Assembly: GCF_009914755.1 (NCBI RefSeq)
Contig: NC_060931.1
From: the human T2T-CHM13v2.0 reference genome, Homo sapiens
Reading direction: 5' to 3' (one strand)
Length of the DNA: 64,000 bases
Shown here: positions 48,400-64,000 of the stretch, piece by piece
Position numbering within the stretch: the first letter of the stretch is position 1
Layout of the letters: each line of letters starts with the position of its first letter
Notes under the pieces: generated by a model
Databases searched by the model: none
What the model was told of the DNA's origin: nothing
Seen by the model: the letters and a program-made list of their open reading frames with translations, nothing else
Program-made: the position numbers and the translations under genes

Positions 48400-48905
48400 T
48401 TTCGGCTGCGGTTGGGAATCTGGTACACCCCGAGGGGAAGATCAAAGCCGATCAAACATAGTAACCAGAGTTTCTTTCAGATTCTAAGAAGCCATCCCCA
48501 CTGCCCGAGTCGCCGACCGAGGGGAACCTCCCCCAACCCGCCACCCCTTCCCCAAGCCTTCTTCAATCTTCCAACGCCGGACCCAGGGTTAACTCGTGAA
48601 CTCACGCGTCCACGCCTCCCTCTTCCGGGGCAATCCCCTCATCTATCAGCTGCCGGATTTTCTGGGGGGTCCCTTCTGGGGAGCGAACTACTGCACCCCA
48701 ATTCTTTTCAACCCCTACGGCAAACGCTTGTCCCTCACAGGGCGCCGCCATCTTGGTCCGCTGCCGAGTTGCTTCCCCGAGAGTTTGAAGGCTCCGGAAC
48801 TTCCGTCCTGGGAGGTTAATATCCGCCTCTTGAGGCAGCCTGGCTGGGAAAGTGTAACCGCGGGGCCCACGCCTTTTCTCATCATTTTAGAACCTTAGAG
48901 CGAGC
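48400..48905 (-). promoter_or_regulatory. CpG-island promoter / 5' end of ZC3HC1, with YY1 (CAAGATGGCGGC, 48744-48755) and back-to-back ETS cores (CCGGAACTTCCG, 48794-48805)
   Basis: Local CpG density outside Alus, no obvious TATA box, motif matches read directly from the sequence. Confidence 0.85.
48606..48751 (-). CDS. ZC3HC1: ZC3HC1/NIPA coding exon 1 (aa 1-49, MAAPCEGQAFAVGVEKNWGAVVRSPEGTPQKIRQLIDEGIAPEEGGVD-A)
   Basis: ATG in AAGATGGCG context at 48751-48749. 146 nt translate to the recalled NIPA N-terminus and end at a GC|GTGAGT donor. Confidence 0.97.
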
Positions 48906-49042
48906 TTAAGGAGGGCTGTACTGTTTAGGACAATCTTGATTAATCGTTTCCTTTATCAACTAGCATATTTAGGTTGATAAGAGATTTTTAGAACGCTGTC
49001 AGTCCAAATTCAGCAGGGATGAGGGGCTCAACTTAATTTTCA

Positions 49043-49372
<330 letters not shown>

Positions 49373-49483
49373 TCATACGACCCTCCTAAGTTGCACCTTT
49401 CTACAAGCGAGGAAATGGTGACCCTCATTGGAGAGCAAATAATTTAGAATCCTTGTTGGAAACCGTGTTATGGATGGATTTAG

Positions 49484-49870
<387 letters not shown>

Positions 49871-50922
49871 TGATAGTCTCTAGGCACTAGCAATGACAGT
49901 CGTGAGCAAAGAAGCTGTAGATCTTGGTGGAGTTAGATGTCAAATTTTCCTATAGTTTTAAAATTATGATTACAAGTGCTCCAAGGATGTACCAAGGTTA
50001 TAATAGGAGAATCTAATTTAGTTTGCACATTCTCCTGAGAAAAATCAGGTACTGGAGCTGAGACGGATGAGATTGAAGGGAAGAAATCTGTACAGAATCT
50101 TCCAACACCCCAGGTTGGAAGACTGATGTGACTAAACAATGGGCAAAGAGGAAAGTGGGATCACCTCCTACCCTTCCAGCACCCTACCTGTGGGCTCCTA
50201 ACTCTATCAATGTTCCCAGCAGCAGGACCTGCAACCTATTGATCCAATTACCTTTCTGCTCTTCCTAACTCCACCACCACCCTTGTTTCTTCTTTTCTTA
50301 GCCAGCTTAAATTCATTACTAATTGTTATCATCATCCCTTTGCAAAATTTGAACATGGGTTGAGACTTAGTTAATATGAAGGAAACATTGTTGATTTCAC
50401 TATATGTAATAATGGCATTGTAGTTATGGTTCTTAAAAGCCCTTCTTTATTAGAAATGCATCTTGAAGTGTTTATAGGTGAATTGATATGATGTTTGGAA
50501 TTTGCTTTGAAGTTATCCAGGAAAACATGTGGAGGAATAGATGAAAAAATATTGCAAAATTTTAAACTGTCGGACTTGGATGATAGAATTGTGGGATTCA
50601 TTATATTATTCTTTCTGCTATTAAGTATGTTTGACAATATCATAATAAAAAGCAAAATAAATAAGCTAAAAAATACATGTTCTTGAATACCCTTTGAATT
50701 TCCTTGAACCTCTCTTGCTTAATAGTACTTACTTGACAAAACCTCAATCACAGTTGAAGTAAGTTCTCTATTATTGCTTCTGTACCCATACAACTAAATA
50801 TGGCTAAAGAGAAATGACAAACTTGTCTCTTTATATTCTTGACTTCAAGTGGGACCTTAATTCTGCCCAGTAATTATACTACCTTTATCTAGTCCACTTC
50901 TCATCCCACTTTTCATAGATGA

Positions 50923-51084
<162 letters not shown>

Positions 51085-51127
51085 TGAGTAGCTAGGATTA
51101 CAGGCACCTGCCACCATGCTTGGCTAA

Positions 51128-51268
<141 letters not shown>

Positions 51269-52107
51269 TAATTTTTATATTTTTAGTAGAGACAGGGTTT
51301 CACCACATTCACCAGGCTGGTCTCGAACTCCTGACCTCAAGTGATCTGCCCACCTCGTCCTCCCAAAGTGTTAGGATTACAGGTGTGAGCCACTGCACCC
51401 ACCTTCATAGATGACTATTATATACCTCTCTCCTCAAACACCTTCAATACTTCCACTTATCCATCCTCCCTTTCTGCTAATGACACACTCCTAGGAAAAT
51501 ACTGACTGTACAGTTAGCCATGGTAACAACCAGCAATCAGAGCCAGTTTTAAGTTCAATTGACCCATGATTACTCATCACAGTGAATGTGTTTTTGTAAA
51601 CCCAATGAATGACAACTTCTTGATTCAGCCAATCACAAAGACTCACTTCAATAAGCACTCCTCTGAGTGCCAGCCACTCAACAATAGTTTCACCCAAGTT
51701 ATCACTTCTACAAATGATGCTAACACACACCTTTGAAAGTTTGCCAATCTCTGAACTCCCCACTTTCTCAAAGTCTGATAGATTAGTAGTCTGGTCTGCT
51801 TGAAGACTGTGCCTCACCTGCATGGCTCTTACTGTTTATAGTAAGCAAGAAATTTGGCTTTGTGGTTTTTTTTTTTTTTTTTTTTGAGACGGAGCCTTCC
51901 TCTGTCGCCCAGGCTGGAGTGCAGTGGCGCATCTCGGCTCACTGTAAGCTCCGCCTCCCGGGTTCACCCCATTCTGTGGCCTCAGCCTCCTGAGTAGCTG
52001 GGACTACAGGCACCCGCCACCACGCATGGCTAATTTTTTGTATTTTTTTAGTAGAGACGGGGTTTCACTGTGTTAGCCAGGATGGTCTCAATCTCCTGAC
52101 CTCGTGA

Positions 52108-52215
<108 letters not shown>

Positions 52216-52251
52216 TAACCGTACTTTACCTTCCCTCCTGTTACTATTGAT

Positions 52252-52433
52252 CAGTGGTTCTCAAATGAGTGTGATATTGCCTGCCACAGGACACTTGGCA
52301 ATGTCAGGAGACATTTTTGGTTGGAGTGGTGGTAGAGGCCAGGAATGTTGCTAAGCATTTTACAACATCCAGAACAGCCTCGCCACAACAAAAAATTATC
52401 TCACCCAATATGTGCACAGGTTGAGAAGCCCTG
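52252..52433 (+). mobile_element. MER20-like hAT DNA transposon
   Basis: CAGTGGTTCTCAAA ... TTGGCAATGTCAGGAGACATTTTTGGTT ... GGTTGAGAAGCCCTG terminal repeats. Confidence 0.75.
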
Positions 52434-52942
52434 CTGTAATCTATGTGCCTATCTAAGGCCAAACTTACACATTGGATCTAATTCCCCTTGCCTACTCAAG
52501 AACATTGTCCACCAATTCTCCCCTCCACTGCACATTTCCATTAGCAGCAAGATATTACTTCTCCCATCTTAAAAACATGCAAAACAGGCCAGGTGCACTG
52601 GCTTATGCCTGTAATTCCAGCACTTTGGGAGGCCAAGGGGGGCAGATCACCTGAGGTCAGGAGTTCAAGACCAGCCTGGCCAAAATGGCGAAACCCTGTC
52701 TCTACTAAAAATATAAAAATTAGCTGGGCGTGGTGGCATGCACCTGTAGTCCCACCTACTTGGGAGGCTGAGGCATGAGAATCGCTTGAATCCAGGAGGT
52801 GGAGGTTGCGGTGAGACGAGGTGGTGCCGCTGAACTCCACACTCCAGCCTGGGCAACAGAGCAAGACTCTATTTCAGAAAACAAGAAAACACCTTCTCTG
52901 CTTTTATTTACGGCAAAGGTCCTTCAAAAATTATCTATCCTA

Positions 52943-53646
<704 letters not shown>

Positions 53647-53997
53647 TCATGGACATAGTAGACTCTCAATAAATAATTGTTCAATTAATGTACACAAATT
53701 TCCAAAGAATTTGGACTTTATCCTAAAAGCCAACGGCAGCCATTGAAAGACTTTAAGTGGCACGGTGACATGAACAATTGTGCATTTTGGGAAAAGTCAC
53801 TATAAAGACTGTGAAAAATGGATTGGAGCCAAAAGAGGATATGGAGTGACTGTTAGGAAGTTGCTGATAAAGCCTTGGCAGAACAGAGGCAATGGTGGGT
53901 AAGGCTGGGGTGAAGACAGCTGGAAGCGAGCAGATACAAGATGTAGTTTGGAATTAGAAACAACAGGACTTGGTGATGGCTTGTACATGACAGGTGA

Positions 53998-54261
<264 letters not shown>

Positions 54262-54372
54262 TGATCCGCCTGCCTCAGCCTCCCAAAGTGCTGGGATTAC
54301 AGGCGTGAGGCACTGCGCCTGGCCAGGAGTAGGTTTTAAGGGGAACTCCAGGCCTGAACAACTGATTGATAG

Positions 54373-56120
<1,748 letters not shown>

Positions 56121-56173
56121 TATGTATATTGATGTAATAGATATTTATTTATTTATATCTATTATGTATAATG

Positions 56174-56195
56174 TATATATATATATATATATATA

Positions 56196-56235
<40 letters not shown>
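56174..56235. repeat. (TA)n(GT)n microsatellite
   Basis: Read directly from sequence. Confidence 0.9.
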
Positions 56236-56237
<2 letters not shown>

Positions 56238-56285
56238 TATTTCAGTTTTTTTCCCCTTAATACTCCAGCATCTGGCATATAGTAG

Positions 56286-56522
<237 letters not shown>

Positions 56523-56884
56523 TAGACCTCATGATCTGCCCGCCTTGGCCTCCCAGAGTGCTGGGATTACAGGTGTCAGCCACCATGCCCAGCCAGAAGA
56601 TGTCAATTTTAAGACAGGAATCAATAAACACTTGGAAAATTTCCAAGTTTCAGATAGTCACTTGCCCAGTGTGATGTGAAGAAAAGAGTTTTGGAGAGAG
56701 AGATGGTCTCTTATTCTGCTTCCATCACTAGCCATGTGGCCTTGGGGTCAAATAACTTCTGGATATGAGATTAAATGAAAGAATGTATATGAAAATGTTT
56801 GATACGTAGTAGGTTCTTGGTAAGTGCTAGTTTTCTTCCTAAGCATTTTAGTGACCATTACCTCACCTTCTTTCAGGAAGGAAG

Positions 56885-57856
<972 letters not shown>

Positions 57857-58097
57857 TAGCCAGGATGGTCTTGATCTCCTGACCTCGTGATCCGCCCACC
57901 TCAGCCTTCCAAAGTGTTGGGATTACAGGCGTGAGCCACCATGCCCGGCCAGCTGTATGTATGGTTTTTAATGTGAGAACACACAAACATTCGGCCAGGT
58001 GTGGTGGCCCATGCCCGTAATCCCAGCACTTTGGGAGGCCGAGGCAGGCGGGTCACTTGAGGTCAGGAGTTTGAGACCAGCCTGGCCAACATGGTCA

Positions 58098-58235
<138 letters not shown>

Positions 58236-58820
58236 CTACACTCCAGCCTGGGTGACAGAGCAAGACTCTGTCTAAAAAAAAACACACACACACAAATTTA
58301 AGCTGATAAGCTTTTACTACTTCATAGGACCTCTCCTCTTAGAAATTAATCAAACATATTATATTTGCGAGTATAATTTTTTCATGAAATAGAAAAATGT
58401 GTCAACTAGCAAAATTTAGCCAGGAGCTGTGGCTCACATCTGTAATCCCAGCACTTTGGGAATCCTAGGTGGGTGGATAGCTTGAGGCCTGAAGTTTGAG
58501 ACCAGCCTGGGCAACATGGTGAAACCCTGTCTCTACAAAAAATTTAAAAATTAGCCAGACTTGGTGGTGTGCACCTGTAGTCCCAGCTACTCAGGAGGCT
58601 GACACAGAAGGATCGCTTGAGCCCTGGAGGTCAAGACTGCAGTGAGCCACGACTGCCTCACTGATTTCTAGACAGTGTCAGAGTGAGACCCTGTCTCAAA
58701 AATAGAAAAAAAAGCAAAATTTTTATTTTTAGTGAAAATTTAATTTATATAAAACATGACACAGGTTTTTAAGTGAATACACATTTATCAGACATTTTCA
58801 TTTCTTTTTTTCTTTTTTGA

Positions 58821-58979
<159 letters not shown>

Positions 58980-59127
58980 TAGTAGAGACGAAGTTTCACC
59001 ATGTTGGCGAGGCTGGTCTTGAACTCCTGACCTTAAGTGATCCACCCGCCTCACCCTCCCAAGGTGCTGGAAATACAGGCATGAGCCACTGTGCCGAGTC
59101 AAAACATTTTCATTTCTTATGGGCTGC

Positions 59128-60275
<1,148 letters not shown>

Positions 60276-60791
60276 TAGTTTAATATTTTTATATCTATAT
60301 TTCAATATAATTGGTTTCCTTTGTAATCCTACACATCTTATTTTATGCGTTAAAAACATTATTCTGAAAAAGTGTCCATAGGCTCCACCAGGTTGATAGA
60401 GGTTAAAAATCCCTGATTGTTTTTTTTGAGACAAGGTTTTACTCTGTCTCTCAGGCTGGAAAGACCTCCTAGGCTCAAGTGATCCTCCCACCTCAGTCCC
60501 CTGAGTAGCTGGGACCACAAGGGGGCGCCACTACACTCTGCAAATTTTTTAAATTTTTAGTGGAGATGGGGTCTTGGTAAAGGCAGGTCTTGAACTCTTG
60601 GCCTCAAGCAATCCTCGTGCCTCAGCCTGCCAAAGTGCTGGGTTTACAGGTGTGAGCCACTTCACCCAGCCAAGAACTCCTGATTTAAGGAGCAATATCT
60701 GCATGGAGAAACCAGAACTGTGTCCTATGAACAAATTCCCTCAGGGGAGATGAAAGTCAGTGGAATTTTTTCTTTCTTTTTTTTTTTTTGA

Positions 60792-61183
<392 letters not shown>

Positions 61184-61972
61184 TGACCCTTCTATCTCAG
61201 CCTCCAGAGCAGCGTCTGGGACCACAGGCGGGCACCACCATGCCCAGCTAATTTTTGTATTTTTTTTTTTGCAGTGATAGGGTTTCACCTGTTGTGTAGG
61301 CTGGTCTCAAACTCCTGGCTTCAAACAACACACCCACTTTTGCCTCCTAAAGTGCTGGGATTGCAGGCATGGGCTGCCCCAACCTGTCAAACTTTCTGAA
61401 CCTACTGTACAAGTATATCCTCAGATTCACTCAGATCTTGACGAATTATCTTTCCTGTTTAGAGAAATCCCAAGCCTACCCTTAATTTTTTTTGAAAGGA
61501 AAGATCGTTCATATGCTGAAGACAACTTCAACTTTGCTTTTATTTATTTGGACTCTGAATGATTTTAACATCTTTTGTTTGATTTTTTCTGTTTTTTAAA
61601 AAACTTTATTGATTTTTGAGACAAGGTCTTGCTCTGTCACCCAGGCTGGAGTGCAGCCATGAGATCATAGCTCACTGCAGCCTGGAGCTCCTGGGCTCAG
61701 GGATCCTCCTACCTCCTCCTCCCATGTAGCTGGGACTATAGGCATGGGCTACCATGCCTGGCTAATTTGCATTTTTTTTTGTAGAAACGGGGGTCTCACA
61801 GCTGGGCACAGTGGCTCATGCCTGTAATCCCAGCACTTTGGGAGGCCGAGGCGGTTGGATTGCGAGGTCAGGAGTTCAAAACCAGCCTGGCCAAGATGGT
61901 GAAACCCCGTCTCTGAGGGCAGAGGTTGCAGTGAGTGAGATTGCGCCATGCACTCCAGCCTGGACGGAGTGA

Positions 61973-62122
<150 letters not shown>

Positions 62123-62138
62123 TAAACTTACATTTTAA

Positions 62139-62408
<270 letters not shown>

Positions 62409-62590
62409 TGATCAACCCACCTCGGCCTCCCAAAGTGTTGGGATTACAGGTGTGAGCCACTGCGCCTGGCCTCATTTTTTTTTTGGAGAGATCTTTGCTA
62501 ATTGTTTTCACCAATGGTGAAAAAAGAATGGTTGCAGATTTTATTTATTTATTTACTTTAAAAATTTATTTATTTATTTATCTGAGATAG

Positions 62591-62755
<165 letters not shown>

Positions 62756-62774
62756 TAGTAGAGAGAGGGTCTCA

Positions 62775-63188
<414 letters not shown>

Positions 63189-63656
63189 TCAAAAAAAAAA
63201 AAAAAGAAAGAAAGAAAAAAGAAACAGTGAAACGCCATCTCTGTTAAAAATAAACAAAATTGGCCGGGCATGGTCATGCATGCCTGTGACCAGCTACTTG
63301 GGAGGTTGAAGTGAGAGGATGGCTTGAGCCCAGGAGGTCAAGGCTGCAGTAAGCCAAGATTGCATCACGCACTCCAGCCTGGGTGACAGATGAAACCTTG
63401 TCTCAAAAAACAAATAAAAACCAAACCAAAATAAAACCCACAAAAAATAATGTATAGAGCTCTCTAAGACATATTTTATAAAATAACAAAAACCTATCTG
63501 CAGAATACATTCTGTACAATCCCCAATCCCATTTATGTAATAAGCAAAAACAGAGTACTGCATAGGTCTACAAATGTGTATGTGTTTATACATAGAAAGA
63601 GAACTAAAACTATATCAAACTGTGTTTTTTTCTATTTTCTTTTTTTTTTTTTTTGA

Positions 63657-63761
<105 letters not shown>

Positions 63762-63764
63762 TGA

Positions 63765-63950
<186 letters not shown>

Positions 63951-64000
63951 TAACAGTCTTTTTTTTTGTTTTTTTTTTTGAGACAGGATCTCATTCTGAC

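Noticed and set aside
48391-48898. Plus-strand ORFs of 142 and 100 aa over the promoter
   Set aside because: GC-rich antisense shadows of exon 1 with no independent support.

Overview
Human genomic DNA, extremely Alu-dense, containing the complete ZC3HC1 (NIPA) gene on the minus strand (7q32.2 from recall). Ten coding exons were assembled by hand: ATG at 48751, TGA at 16028-16026, 1509 nt, 502 aa, with every splice phase consistent. A CpG-island promoter lies at about 48.4-48.9 kb and a poly(A) signal at 15667-15672. Intron 2 is a U12-type AT-AC minor intron (ATATCCTT donor, TTTTCTTAAC branch point, AC acceptor). The haplotype encodes His363 and Ala271, where I recall Arg363 and Thr271 for the canonical protein; R363H is the known coronary-disease-associated variant. 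Non-coding features of note: a perfect 44-bp inverted repeat in intron 6 that I cannot assign to a known repeat, a tailless 5S rRNA retropseudogene with target-site duplications, a (GGAA)17 microsatellite, a ~700-bp almost pure A/T repeat, and an AP-1/ETS motif cluster downstream of the gene. Nearly all ORFs in the supplied track are Alu artefacts. I see no evidence for a wholly new gene system. The best candidates for undescribed biology are the intron-6 hairpin and the splicing context of the U12 intron.
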